Positions 21,129 to 31,594 of a stretch of DNA of 53,748 nucleotides are shown here, in pieces. The DNA comes from a virus (lineage: Duplodnaviria; Caudoviricetes). The stretch's first letter is position 1, and every line of letters starts with the position of its first letter. Position numbers and translations under genes: made by a program. The stretch lies in IMG/VR virus record IMGVR_UViG_3300025781_000013, positions 1 through 53,748 of that record; one strand, written 5' to 3'. The notes below the pieces were generated by a model. It was not told where the DNA came from. It worked only from the letters and a program-made list of their open reading frames with translations, and searched no databases.

Positions 21129-21928
21129 CCCAGGGTGTTGTGATATTTGCCTACAATTCAGATCAGCTGGACTATATGGCCTTGGCCGCATGGAGCGCCA
21201 ACAACATACACCGACACCTGGCTGTGCCGGTCACAGTCATAACTGATTGCGATCATGTTCCTGAGTCTTACCAATTTGATCAGGTCATACAGGCCACCAG
21301 ATCGGGCACTGCCACCAGGTACTTTGCCGATCTTGATCGTACAGTACCCTGGTACAACGGCAACAGGATGTCGGCCTACGAGCTGTCGCCCTACGATACT
21401 ACCTTGGTCCTGGACGCCGATTATGTGGTGACCAGCGATCAGTTGGCCTGCCTGTTCGACAGTCGCCAGGACTTTGTAGCACACGATCTGGCCTACGACG
21501 TGACCGGACGAGACAATTTTGATGAACTCAACTGTTTTGGACGCTATCACAATCCCATGACCTGGGCCACAGTCATGTGTTTTCGGCGCAGCGATCATGT
21601 CGGATTGATATTTGAAACCATGGGCATGATTCGAGACAACTGGGATCATTATCGTGCTGTGTACGGCATTGTTGATTCAAACTATCGCAATGATTTTGCC
21701 TTGAGCATGGCCTTGGGTGTGGTCAATGGTCACGTGCAGACCAACACCAGTATCCCCTGGAAGCTGGCCACAGTGACACACCAGCATCAATTGAGCCAGC
21801 TGTCGCAAGATCGGTACCGAGTGGACTGGAAGACCTCGGACAACCATGCCCGCTGGATCACGCTTGCGACTGATTTCCATGCCATGGGCAAACGATACCT
21901 AGGAGACATAGTTGCCAATCCTTGCTGA
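21125..21928 (+). CDS. Putative GT-A fold glycosyltransferase
   Basis: GVVIFAYN..DY N-terminus; YELSPYDTTLVLDADY (DxD); RNDFALS; late His (FHAMGK). Confidence 0.7.
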   Translation: MTQGVVIFAYNSDQLDYMALAAWSANNIHRHLAVPVTVITDCDHVPESYQFDQVIQATRSGTATRYFADLDRTVPWYNGNRMSAYELSPYDTTLVLDADYVVTSDQLACLFDSRQDFVAHDLAYDVTGRDNFDELNCFGRYHNPMTWATVMCFRRSDHVGLIFETMGMIRDNWDHYRAVYGIVDSNYRNDFALSMALGVVNGHVQTNTSIPWKLATVTHQHQLSQLSQDRYRVDWKTSDNHARWITLATDFHAMGKRYLGDIVANPC

Positions 21929-22685
21929 ACGCGGCTATCTTATACCGGCCATCAACACTGAATCTGTGGACTATGTGGCCTGTGCCCAGCAATTGGCACG
22001 ATCTATTAGACAATGGCATCCGTCGGCCAACATTTCGGTCATCACAGTAAATCGATGCAGTGATCCGGTATTTGATCATGTGATTCCATTGCCGCATGGC
22101 GATCTTGAAGGATACGTCAACGATTGGCAATGCTTTGACGCCAGCCCTTATCGACAGACCATCAAGCTGGAAGCCGACATGTGGTGTGCAGGTCCAATTG
22201 ATCATTGGTGGAATCTTTTTGAGTTACGAGATGTGGTGATCAGCCGTGGATGTAGAAATTTGTATGATCAGCCGGCGCAGTCCAGATCTTACAGAAAGAT
22301 ATTTGATCAGAATCATTTGCCAGATGTGTACAATGCTGTGACCTACTGGCGTGTGAGTAGACCAGCCCGACAATTTTTTGCCACGGTGCGTGACATATTT
22401 GAAAACTGGGCCAGTTACCGACGTGTTTTGAAATTTGCCGACGAGGCTCCTACCACCGACGTGGTCTATGCCATGGCTGCTGTGATACTGGGTCCCGAGT
22501 CGGTCATGTTGCCCGCAGGTCTGGGTCCCAGCATAGTGCATATGAAACAGCACATGATCGGACTGCTTGGTGACGATTGGACCCAAGAACTGGTAGCCGA
22601 GCAGACCATGCCCGGATTGCGCATCAACACCGTGGCCCAATGGGGACTGGTACATTATCATGTCAAAGAGGCATTCCGTGACTGA
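21912..22685 (+). CDS. Putative GT-A fold glycosyltransferase, paralog of 21125-21928
   Basis: GYLIPAIN..VDY; SPYRQTIKLEADM (ExD variant); TTDVVYAMA; VHMK. Confidence 0.65.
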   Translation: MPILAERGYLIPAINTESVDYVACAQQLARSIRQWHPSANISVITVNRCSDPVFDHVIPLPHGDLEGYVNDWQCFDASPYRQTIKLEADMWCAGPIDHWWNLFELRDVVISRGCRNLYDQPAQSRSYRKIFDQNHLPDVYNAVTYWRVSRPARQFFATVRDIFENWASYRRVLKFADEAPTTDVVYAMAAVILGPESVMLPAGLGPSIVHMKQHMIGLLGDDWTQELVAEQTMPGLRINTVAQWGLVHYHVKEAFRD

Positions 22686-23013
22686 ACTGACTGAACAAGA
22701 CTTCTGGCGCAGCCTACAACGATTGCGAGATCACGAACCGCCGGTGCCGGTATATAGATTGTACTATGATGATGCAGGAGTTCCGCTTTTCTACAGCCAG
22801 GAACATCTGCCCGGTAATTATATAGAACTTGACGTTGATGTATGGCACGCAGGATCTTTCAATCTACGCATACAGGATGGAATTATACAGTATTTGCAGC
22901 GACCAGCACCACCAAGATTACAACCCGAAGATTCAGGAACAGCCTGCGATCCTAGAGATATATGTGTGGTGGTCACCCAAGACCGACCACACAAGAAATG
23001 GAGTTTGAGATGA
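22678..23013 (+). CDS. Hypothetical protein
   Basis: GTG at 22678 after AGAGG (alternative ATG at 22660); coupled to both neighbours. Confidence 0.55.
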   Translation: MTELTEQDFWRSLQRLRDHEPPVPVYRLYYDDAGVPLFYSQEHLPGNYIELDVDVWHAGSFNLRIQDGIIQYLQRPAPPRLQPEDSGTACDPRDICVVVTQDRPHKKWSLR

Positions 23014-23939
23014 AACGTATTGACATAGCTGATCTTGATTGTATTTTTCTCACCTACGACGAACCCGACCGCGAAGAAAACTGGGCACGCATACGCAACC
23101 AGATTCCGTGGGCTCGTCGAGTAGACGGAGTCAAAGGATCGGACGCTGCACACAAGGCCGCAGCAGAGGCCAGCAACACCGAACGATTTGTCTTGATCGA
23201 TGGCGACAACATGCCGGATGAAAGTTTTTTCAATCTTACTCTGGAGTTGCCCACTGCCGAGTGGGAATCGGCAGTGTTTCGTTGGCGTGCTAGAAATCAC
23301 GTAAATGGTCTCATGTACGGCAACGGCGGACTCAGTTCGTGGACACGAACTTTTGCAAACACCATGCAGACTCACGAAGCCACAGATGGCCGTACCGAAA
23401 CCCAAGTGGAGTTTTGTTTTGATCCACAATACTGGGCCATGCACGATTGCTACAGCACTACCTATCCCAACGGATCGGCATTCCATGCCTGGCGTGCCGG
23501 ATTTAGAGAAGGCGTCAAAATGTGCCTGGATCAAGGGCGTAGACCCAGCATAGCCGAATTCCAGGATCGTGTGCATCACAGAAATCTGGACCATTTGACT
23601 GTATGGCACAACGTGGGTCGCGATGTGGAACACGGTATCTGGGCCATGGCCGGTGCCAGGATGGGCACCTACATGACCATGATCACGCCCGCCTGGGATT
23701 ATCGAACTGTGCAGGATTTTGATGCTTTGGAAAAATTATGGCACACAGTGAAAGATTCGGACCCCGAGATCCTGGCCGGACGTGTGGCCGAAGACTTGGT
23801 CACCCAGCTGGATTTACCGATCAACATGATGGGACCAGGCGAAAGTGCATTCTTCAAACAACACTATCTCAGCAATTGGCACAATCGCGGAGTCATGGTC
23901 AGAGAGATTGATATAATACGACAACAGGAAGGCTGGTAG
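23010..23939 (+). CDS. Putative GT-A fold glycosyltransferase
   Basis: GGAG RBS; DCIFLTYDEP, GVKGSDAAHKAAA, FVLIDGDN (DxD), NGLMYGNGG, AWRAGFREGVK. Confidence 0.7.
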   Translation: MKRIDIADLDCIFLTYDEPDREENWARIRNQIPWARRVDGVKGSDAAHKAAAEASNTERFVLIDGDNMPDESFFNLTLELPTAEWESAVFRWRARNHVNGLMYGNGGLSSWTRTFANTMQTHEATDGRTETQVEFCFDPQYWAMHDCYSTTYPNGSAFHAWRAGFREGVKMCLDQGRRPSIAEFQDRVHHRNLDHLTVWHNVGRDVEHGIWAMAGARMGTYMTMITPAWDYRTVQDFDALEKLWHTVKDSDPEILAGRVAEDLVTQLDLPINMMGPGESAFFKQHYLSNWHNRGVMVREIDIIRQQEGW

Positions 23940-23941
23940 CC

Positions 23942-24463
23942 GTGATTAAAAAATTAAAACTAAATTACGATTTCGCTGAAATATTGTCGGCTGATTACAG
24001 CCAGCATACTGGTAGTTGTATCAAGCATCAAATATACGAAGTGAACGATATACATGAACAGTATGGGGGTTTTCCGCAATCTTATTGTCTAGAAAACACC
24101 ATGATTCACCAACTATGGTGGAATTCAACTCAATTGGACTTTGATCAAATTGGTTGCCAACTGGGGATGGAAGTTATTACTATCAGCAGCATACAACAGC
24201 CGCCGGGATGTATGATTCCCATACATCGAGATACCTTTTTTCAAATCAACCAACGCTATCCTGATCGTTCGGAATTAAAAGTACGGGCCAACATACACCT
24301 CGAAGATTGGAAACTGGGGCATTTTATACAATACAACGATGTAGTACATACGCACTGGAACGCTGGTGACGTGTTACTATGGGATAACCAGGTCCTGCAT
24401 CTTTCGGCCAATGCTGGTATGCATCACAAATACACCTTGCAGGTTTCGGGATTTTTGATTTGA
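23942..24463 (+). CDS. Cupin / 2OG-Fe(II) oxygenase-like protein
   Basis: PG..IPIHRD (HxD) and distal W.AGD..LWD...LHLSANAG His motif. Confidence 0.65.
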   Translation: MIKKLKLNYDFAEILSADYSQHTGSCIKHQIYEVNDIHEQYGGFPQSYCLENTMIHQLWWNSTQLDFDQIGCQLGMEVITISSIQQPPGCMIPIHRDTFFQINQRYPDRSELKVRANIHLEDWKLGHFIQYNDVVHTHWNAGDVLLWDNQVLHLSANAGMHHKYTLQVSGFLI

Positions 24464-25413
24464 CAAAATTTGACATCATTCCGGCCAGCAATTACATTTG
24501 GAATCAGCTAGAACTAATTGATTTCCTGGTCCAGAATCAACAACGCGATATAGTATTGACAACCAATTCAGAAGGCTGTTGTTGCCGTGCGATTGGGTTA
24601 TATGATCTATTAGATAAGTTTCGGTTTCAATCGGTCACAATAGTTACTAGCAATCCGGTTGAACAGCATGATCATTATCAAATCAAATTGACAAGACAAT
24701 GGAATTTTTTATCTGTATCGACTGCAATAGAAGATCGGTATCATTGTTGGAACAAGCACAGAATTTTTGGAACCATATATGGTCGACCTCTCTGGCACAG
24801 GATTGGCATCGCATCGCATTTGTTAGTGCATCATCGCCAGTTGAGTCTAATAGGCTGTCGTGCCAATACTGGCGAGGCCGACGACAGAGAATTATTTGAG
24901 GTGTCTCAGTTGTTCCAGCATGATCCTGACAGTTTGCAAAAATTTTCCAGTAACTGGCAACAGTTTCCTATGTTGCTCGAAAATCTAGACAGATATACGC
25001 CCGGACAACAAAATACCGACGGTTATATATCACAGACCAAGCGTGTTTATGCAGATTTTTTGATCGACATTGTGGCAGAAACCTTCACCGACGGTGATTG
25101 TTTTTTTGTAACAGAGAAGACTGTGAGACCCATGATGTTAAAAAAACCATTTATTATATTTGGATCCAAAAACTATTTGTTATATCTGCGTCGCATGGGA
25201 TTCAGGACATTTGCAGATTTCTGGAACGAAGACTACGACGGCTACGAGGGTCGAGAGCGATTCGTTAGAATATTGTATCTGATTGACAGCTTGGCACAAA
25301 AATCCAAGGACGAACTTGAACGCATGTACTGGGACATGCAGTATTCTCTTGATCATAACTACAATTTGCTGTATAATCAAACTTATACCAACAGTATCAA
25401 TCCTATACCATGA
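24460..25413 (+). CDS. GT-B/GT10-like 'TEK' family protein 1
   Basis: IDIVAET...FFVTEKTVRP..LKKPFIIFG...LRRMGFRTF...EDYD...HNY. Confidence 0.55.
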   Translation: MTKFDIIPASNYIWNQLELIDFLVQNQQRDIVLTTNSEGCCCRAIGLYDLLDKFRFQSVTIVTSNPVEQHDHYQIKLTRQWNFLSVSTAIEDRYHCWNKHRIFGTIYGRPLWHRIGIASHLLVHHRQLSLIGCRANTGEADDRELFEVSQLFQHDPDSLQKFSSNWQQFPMLLENLDRYTPGQQNTDGYISQTKRVYADFLIDIVAETFTDGDCFFVTEKTVRPMMLKKPFIIFGSKNYLLYLRRMGFRTFADFWNEDYDGYEGRERFVRILYLIDSLAQKSKDELERMYWDMQYSLDHNYNLLYNQTYTNSINPIP

Positions 25414-26825
25414 CCAACAAAGGTGACGAAGTCACAGCCGAGTTCAAAAGCGGATTCCTAGACAGTGCTGAACACATGCACAAAGCTCTGGGTACGGGTT
25501 TGTGCTTGGCCAAATGGAAACAGGTCAGCTTGCACTTGCCCACCGGCCTAAACAATAGCTGTTATCATCCGCCCTTGCATGCTATAGATTCTACATTATT
25601 GGCAGGCAATCCTGCAACCTTGCACAATACACCATACAAAAAAGCTCAGCGCAAGATCATGCTCAAACAAGAACGTCCTGCAGAATGCAGCTATTGTTGG
25701 AGCATGGAAGATGCTGGCAAATTAAGTGACCGTCACTATAGATCCGGTGAATCCTGGGCTGCCATGGATTTTGAAAAGATAATGCATTCAACCGGAGATG
25801 AAGATGACATTGTTCCTAGTTATGTTGAAGTTAATTTTAATCATGCCTGCAATCTTTCTTGTAGTTATTGTAGCCCACAATTTAGCAGCACCTGGGCGCA
25901 AGAGGTGGAACGTTGGGGAGGGTATCCTACATCAACGATTCACAATGATTCTAGTCATTTTGTTGGCCGTAATCGCCCTATACCTGCAAGAGAAGCCAAT
26001 CCATACGTCGACGCCTTCTGGTCTTGGTGGCCAAACCTGTATCCTGAGCTGAAACATTTCCGTATGACCGGCGGCGAGCCCATGCTGGATCGCAATACCT
26101 ATCGGGTGTTTGATTATGTGTTGGCCAATCCCAAACCAGATCTGCATCTCAATGTGACATCCAACTTCAGTGTAGACGAACGGTCATGGCAACGCTACAA
26201 GACTGCTGTCAAACAGATCTGCGCTGGCGAAAACGTCGAACACTTCATGCAATATGTGAGTCTAGACTCGTGGGGGCCACAGGCCGAATATATCAGACAC
26301 GGACTGGACTTCAATCTGTTATGGGATCGGGTAAACCAGTTCTTGACCGAGATACCAGGTCGTAACAGTATCACGTTCATCGTGACCATGAACAACTTGT
26401 CAGTCACTGGACTGGGCAGTCTCATGGCCGGCATCCTGGGTCTTAGGAAACTGTACAGCACCACCTATCAGCGTGTGTGGTTTGACACTCCGGTCTTGCG
26501 AGAACCTGCCTGGCAAAGCCTGCAGATTCTGCCCGAAAGCTATTGTGATCAACTGGAACGTTTATGGGTCTGGATGAGCAAGCAGGCCGAAACCGAATCC
26601 ACACGCTTCCAAGGATTCAAGGATTATGAACTGGCCCGTCTGGATCGAGACATAGCCTGGATGCGTGATGGACAGAAGCTGGATCCGGCCTACATCAATC
26701 AACAGAAGGCCGACTTTTATAGGTTTTTTACGGAAGCTGATCGCAGACATGGCACAGATTTTTTGACAACCTTTCCTGAAATGGCCAGCTGGTGGAACGA
26801 GTGCGGGTATCATGCCAAAACATAA
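25410..26825 (+). CDS. Radical SAM protein with N-terminal twitch-like domain (1)
   Basis: CNLSCSYC (CX3CX2C); TGGEP; N-terminal LCLAKW...SCYH...ECSYCW. Confidence 0.92.
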   Translation: MTNKGDEVTAEFKSGFLDSAEHMHKALGTGLCLAKWKQVSLHLPTGLNNSCYHPPLHAIDSTLLAGNPATLHNTPYKKAQRKIMLKQERPAECSYCWSMEDAGKLSDRHYRSGESWAAMDFEKIMHSTGDEDDIVPSYVEVNFNHACNLSCSYCSPQFSSTWAQEVERWGGYPTSTIHNDSSHFVGRNRPIPAREANPYVDAFWSWWPNLYPELKHFRMTGGEPMLDRNTYRVFDYVLANPKPDLHLNVTSNFSVDERSWQRYKTAVKQICAGENVEHFMQYVSLDSWGPQAEYIRHGLDFNLLWDRVNQFLTEIPGRNSITFIVTMNNLSVTGLGSLMAGILGLRKLYSTTYQRVWFDTPVLREPAWQSLQILPESYCDQLERLWVWMSKQAETESTRFQGFKDYELARLDRDIAWMRDGQKLDPAYINQQKADFYRFFTEADRRHGTDFLTTFPEMASWWNECGYHAKT

Positions 26826-27867
26826 GATAGGCATACTGGATTTTGACCCTTTGGTCAATCTATTGCCAGGCGCCCGCAAATGTTTTTTAGATATCACTGC
26901 ATTGAGCCACAATGAACTGTTGGATACTCTTTCGTCTCTGGACACAGCATTCGACAGCATGATCCTGTCCACAGTGGATCATTGGCACAACTATGAACAA
27001 GAACAGGAAATCTTTGATCACCCGGTACTGAAAGACAAACTGGTATTCTTGCAAACACAGACTTATCAAAATCAGTATTTGGGGCACAACTGTTGGCGAC
27101 TCAGTTATCCCAGTTGGTATCTAAACCGTCATAGCCAATATCGGCAATCTCCTGGCTTGCGCGAATTCCGTATCAAGCCCAAACAGTTACCACGCGGATT
27201 TGGGTGCCTGAACAATCGTCCGGCTCTGCATCGTTTATTGTTGGGAACGGCGCTGAACAATCGCGGATTGCTGGATCAGATGATATTCACGCAAAACAAC
27301 ACGCAAGCGATGTGTCACACCAATCCGGTATATCCAGCTGGTTGCATAGATCCACAGTGCAATGAAGATCCTGGTATACTAGATTCTGTTCTGGGTTGGT
27401 ACGAATACTTGCGACTGTTGCCGATCAAATGGCAAAATCAAGCGATACAAAATCAGCATTGCGTGTATCACGACGCCGAGATCAACACTTACTGTAATAT
27501 CTTGACCGAAGCCACAACTGGACGCATACCATACAATCTTGATATCAATCTTCCTGAAATAAGCGAAAAAAGTCACAAGCCGTTTGTGAGTGGACAAATT
27601 CCTTTGTATCTGGCTGCTCGGGGACACACTGCCTATCTACAAGGACTAGGATTTGAAGTCATGTCAGATCTTACACCTGCAGGGTTCGACGATCTTGGTA
27701 CATTGGATCGAATCCAGGCCATCGTGGATGTGGTTGCTCGGGGTCGAGACTGGATTGAAAATTTTTATTATGATCACATCAAAGAGATACAACACAACCA
27801 CGAGCTGGTATTTGCGCACAAGACCGATCAAATTATATTGCAACGCATACAGGAAGTGGTAGCATGA
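26812..27867 (+). CDS. GT-B/GT10-like 'TEK' family protein 2
   Basis: LNNRPALHR; YCNILTEA...ISEKSHKP...GQIP..LA...LQGLGFEV...FD...HNH. Confidence 0.5.
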   Translation: MPKHKIGILDFDPLVNLLPGARKCFLDITALSHNELLDTLSSLDTAFDSMILSTVDHWHNYEQEQEIFDHPVLKDKLVFLQTQTYQNQYLGHNCWRLSYPSWYLNRHSQYRQSPGLREFRIKPKQLPRGFGCLNNRPALHRLLLGTALNNRGLLDQMIFTQNNTQAMCHTNPVYPAGCIDPQCNEDPGILDSVLGWYEYLRLLPIKWQNQAIQNQHCVYHDAEINTYCNILTEATTGRIPYNLDINLPEISEKSHKPFVSGQIPLYLAARGHTAYLQGLGFEVMSDLTPAGFDDLGTLDRIQAIVDVVARGRDWIENFYYDHIKEIQHNHELVFAHKTDQIILQRIQEVVA

Positions 27868-29021
27868 TCGGCCATCGCAAGCTGATATTGGACACATTCA
27901 GTGAAGTATCGGACCTGTTAAAACCCTGGGCAGATGCTGAATTTTGGGATTTTGCCACTCATGACATTGTGCCCGGCGCGGTGTATCTGATCAGTCGAGA
28001 ACAGTTCAATCTCAACGTGCCTCGCATACGAGAACTGGCCGAGTCGAGCACGATCATACCCATCTTGAGCAATCCCATGGAAGGGTCAGACACCATGAGA
28101 TGCCATGTTGAAATGGTCACACACATGGATGATCTGGCTCGTGCTGGCAAACTGTTGTTGATTTCGGGCGGAGAAATGGATGCAACCTGGCCATACTTGT
28201 TGTATGATAACTTCTTGCCCAAGATCTTGGACTATGAAGAAAATCTGGTCCAGATAGATCGTGGACGAGAAATTTTTACCAAAATTGACAAACCTTACCA
28301 ATTCCTATTTCTCAACGGACGCATACGGCACCACAGAAAGTATCTGTTGGAACTGTTCCGTCATCGTGGACTATTGGATTCGGCCCTGTGGACCAATTTG
28401 GATCCAAGACCGGCCACGTTCCACCCATTGGTATTGCCTGATGCTGTCAACATCAACTGTTGGGACCATACTGTATTTCCGTTGCAACAGTTGCCACCGC
28501 AATACGAAGTGGATCGATATCGTGATCGAGTAGACACTGTGTCTCCAGACACTGTGCGAGATCTTTATGCCAAATATCACCTGTTCAACGATGAATGGGG
28601 AGATATCTATCTCAATGCCGATCCCTACATCGACACCTATTTCAGTGTGGTGACCGAAACAGTTTTTGAGTATCCTTACAGTTTCCGTACAGAAAAAACC
28701 TGGAAGCCAATGGCCATGGGCCACCCTTGCGTGTTTGTGAGCAATGCTGGCTACTACAGAGATCTACACAATCTGGGATTTCAAACCTGGGGACACCTGA
28801 TCGACGAAAGTTTTGACACCATACACAATGTGCAAGATCGAATCGATCGCGTGGCGCAGGTGGTCGAGGATCTGTGTCAGCAGAATCTAGCCAGTTTCTT
28901 GAGTACTGCTCAAGATGTATGTAAATACAATCAACAGCACCTGGCTCACATGCGCACTCAAGTGCGTGCTGAATTTCCTGAACGCTTTTTCCAATTCTTA
29001 AAAAAATACATCAATGAATGA
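27864..29021 (+). CDS. GT-B/GT10-like 'TEK' family protein 3
   Basis: FLFLNGRIRHHR; YFSVVTET...FRTEKTWKP.AMGHP...LHNLGFQTW..LIDESFD...YNQ. Confidence 0.55.
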   Translation: MIGHRKLILDTFSEVSDLLKPWADAEFWDFATHDIVPGAVYLISREQFNLNVPRIRELAESSTIIPILSNPMEGSDTMRCHVEMVTHMDDLARAGKLLLISGGEMDATWPYLLYDNFLPKILDYEENLVQIDRGREIFTKIDKPYQFLFLNGRIRHHRKYLLELFRHRGLLDSALWTNLDPRPATFHPLVLPDAVNINCWDHTVFPLQQLPPQYEVDRYRDRVDTVSPDTVRDLYAKYHLFNDEWGDIYLNADPYIDTYFSVVTETVFEYPYSFRTEKTWKPMAMGHPCVFVSNAGYYRDLHNLGFQTWGHLIDESFDTIHNVQDRIDRVAQVVEDLCQQNLASFLSTAQDVCKYNQQHLAHMRTQVRAEFPERFFQFLKKYINE

Positions 29022-30351
29022 TCTAGAATTTCGCCAACAGGTCTTGGACACCAAGAGTGCCAGCTTCTGTGCAGCCAAATGGTACAATGCCACCATATGG
29101 TTGGGGTCCGGACAAACCACCAGTTGCCATCATCCCTTACCACATGCGATTGATCGCGAAGAAATACGGATTAATCCTGCTGCCATACACAACACGGCCC
29201 GTAAAAAATCTGAACGTGCAGAAATGCAGTCGGGTCAACGCCCTGCCGGTTGCGAGTACTGCTGGAAGATCGAAGACATGGGCAGAGATGCTGTCAGCGA
29301 CCGTGTGTACAAAAGTCGTATCTATTCCCAACAGGACCTTGATCAAGCCTATCGCACACCCAGTGACCGAGACGTCAATCTTAAAACCTTGGAAATTGCG
29401 TTTGATCGTACATGCCAGTTTGCCTGTAGTTATTGCAATCCGGCCTTCAGCAGCACCTGGGTAAATGATATTAAAAAACACGGACCCTATCAAGGTCTGG
29501 TCAGCGACGGTCGAAATCATTTTACTCATGCTCACGACAATGCTCAATTGTATCGATTTGGTGAGCCCAATCCGTACGTGGACGCATTCTTTGCCTGGTG
29601 GGAAAGTGATTTGCATAAAACCTTGCAAGAACTAAGGATCACAGGTGGCGAGCCACTCATGAGCGGAGAGACCTGGAAACTGATCGACTGGTTTCGGTCC
29701 AATCCTGGACGCAGCCAGACCCGTTTGGCCATCAACAGCAACCTAGGACATGCGGTAGACGTTGATCGCTTGTTGTCCAGCACGCAAGGACTCGAACTGG
29801 ACATTTACACCAGCCAAGAAAGCGTAGGCCTGCAGGCCGAATACATCAGAGATGGCCTGGACTATGCAGCCTGGGTTGCAAACATGATGAAATTGATTGA
29901 AAGCAAACAGTTGCGAAGTCTGCATGTGATGTGTACTGTCAATGCCCTATGCCTGGACCGGTTACCGGACCTTCTAACTGTGTTCATGCGTTGGAAACAC
30001 CAGCATGGACGTGACTTTCCTAACTTTACCCTCAACATCTTGCGATTCCCTAGTTTCCAAAGTGCGTTAGTATTGCCCGAGTCCCATCGTCGAGCACACA
30101 GTGATCGATTGCGGACCTGGTTGGATCAATGGGGCACCGATGACCTGTTACAAGAACACGAACGCCGGCATGTACAACGGCTAATAGATTACCTGGACAC
30201 AGTTGACTCTCCGCATGCGCAAGCATTTGATCCACCGTCTTTGTTGAATGATTTCAAACAGTTTTATTCTCAATACGATCAACGTCGCGGAAAAGATTTT
30301 GTATCCACATTTCCCAACCTGAGGACCTGGTATGAGTCATTATCAATATAA
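29014..30351 (+). CDS. Radical SAM protein with N-terminal twitch-like domain (2)
   Basis: CQFACSYC; TGGEP; N-terminal FCAAKW...SCHH...GCEYCW. Confidence 0.92.
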   Translation: MNDLEFRQQVLDTKSASFCAAKWYNATIWLGSGQTTSCHHPLPHAIDREEIRINPAAIHNTARKKSERAEMQSGQRPAGCEYCWKIEDMGRDAVSDRVYKSRIYSQQDLDQAYRTPSDRDVNLKTLEIAFDRTCQFACSYCNPAFSSTWVNDIKKHGPYQGLVSDGRNHFTHAHDNAQLYRFGEPNPYVDAFFAWWESDLHKTLQELRITGGEPLMSGETWKLIDWFRSNPGRSQTRLAINSNLGHAVDVDRLLSSTQGLELDIYTSQESVGLQAEYIRDGLDYAAWVANMMKLIESKQLRSLHVMCTVNALCLDRLPDLLTVFMRWKHQHGRDFPNFTLNILRFPSFQSALVLPESHRRAHSDRLRTWLDQWGTDDLLQEHERRHVQRLIDYLDTVDSPHAQAFDPPSLLNDFKQFYSQYDQRRGKDFVSTFPNLRTWYESLSI

Positions 30352-31594
30352 CAGCGCAGATCTAGCTCGACCGGTTGAACTCGACAAACGCGAACAATTC
30401 TTGTTGCGAGACAGTAAAACATTCTGCATCTATCCCTGGATACATCTGCACGCCTATCCTACCGGAGAAGCTTATCCTTGTTGTCATGCTGAAATGGGTG
30501 TGGGACAAGTGGGCAATTGCCGCACCCATACCCTGGAAGAAATTTATCGATCGCGACCCATGGATCAGTTGCGTGACAACATGCTGAATGAAACACCCTC
30601 ACTGGCTTGTCAACGTTGCTACGAACAAGAAGAATCTGGATTTTTTAGTGGTAGGAAAAGTGCCAACAAACATCATGGCCATCATATCAAACGTATTGCC
30701 GATGACCAATTCCGCATGAGCTATTGGGATGTCAGATTCAGTAACCTGTGCAATCTCAGTTGTAGAAGTTGTGGGCATATATTCAGCAGCAGCTGGTACC
30801 AGGATCAGGCTCAATTGGCTGGCGGCGACTGGAAGGAAAAAAACAAAGTTTTAAATTATGCCGGACGTACCGAGACCGACATGTGGAAACAGCTGATACC
30901 GCATCTGGATTACGTGGAGCAGATCTATTTTGCTGGCGGTGAGCCACTCATGATGAAAGAACACTACAACATCCTGGACGAGCTGGAACGTAGAGGTCGA
31001 TTTGATGTGCGCCTGATCTACAATACCAATTTTACTCATACCAGTCTCAAAGATCGCACAGTATTTGATTACTGGCGACGATTTGACAGTGTGGCTGTTG
31101 GTGCCAGTCTGGATGCTATGGGTACTCGTGCAGAATATATCAGAAAAGGCACAGTGTGGGACACAGTAGAGCGCAATCGCGAGCAAATGCTTGAAACATG
31201 TCCTGATGTAGATTTTTACATCAGCCCCACGCTCAGCATCCTGAATGCCTGGCACTTGCCAGACTTTCATCGTGACTGGGTCAATCGTGGCCTGATTAGA
31301 CCGCAAGATCTAAATGTAAACATTTTACAAGATCCTGCACATTTACGCATTGACATCGCTCCTGCCTTGTACAAAGCAAAACTGTCTGAAAAATTCAGCG
31401 AACATATTGAATGGTTGCGCCCACAGGATCCATTGCAACGAGCCACAACCGGATTTGAAAGTGCCTGGAGATTCATGATGGCCACAGATAATTCCAAGCT
31501 GATTCCTACGTTTTGGAACAAGACATTTGAACTGGATCGTGTCAGGAAAGAAAGTGTGTTGTCTGTGATTCCGGAATTGGCTGGGCTAGTATGA
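30332..31594 (+). CDS. Radical SAM protein with N-terminal twitch-like domain (3)
   Basis: CNLSCRSC; AGGEP; N-terminal FCIYPW...GEAYPCC...CQRCY. Confidence 0.92.
   Translation: MSHYQYNSADLARPVELDKREQFLLRDSKTFCIYPWIHLHAYPTGEAYPCCHAEMGVGQVGNCRTHTLEEIYRSRPMDQLRDNMLNETPSLACQRCYEQEESGFFSGRKSANKHHGHHIKRIADDQFRMSYWDVRFSNLCNLSCRSCGHIFSSSWYQDQAQLAGGDWKEKNKVLNYAGRTETDMWKQLIPHLDYVEQIYFAGGEPLMMKEHYNILDELERRGRFDVRLIYNTNFTHTSLKDRTVFDYWRRFDSVAVGASLDAMGTRAEYIRKGTVWDTVERNREQMLETCPDVDFYISPTLSILNAWHLPDFHRDWVNRGLIRPQDLNVNILQDPAHLRIDIAPALYKAKLSEKFSEHIEWLRPQDPLQRATTGFESAWRFMMATDNSKLIPTFWNKTFELDRVRKESVLSVIPELAGLV

Noticed and set aside
22818-23633. 271-aa minus-strand ORF
   Set aside because: Antisense shadow of the motif-bearing, coupled GT gene 23010-23939; no recognisable motifs
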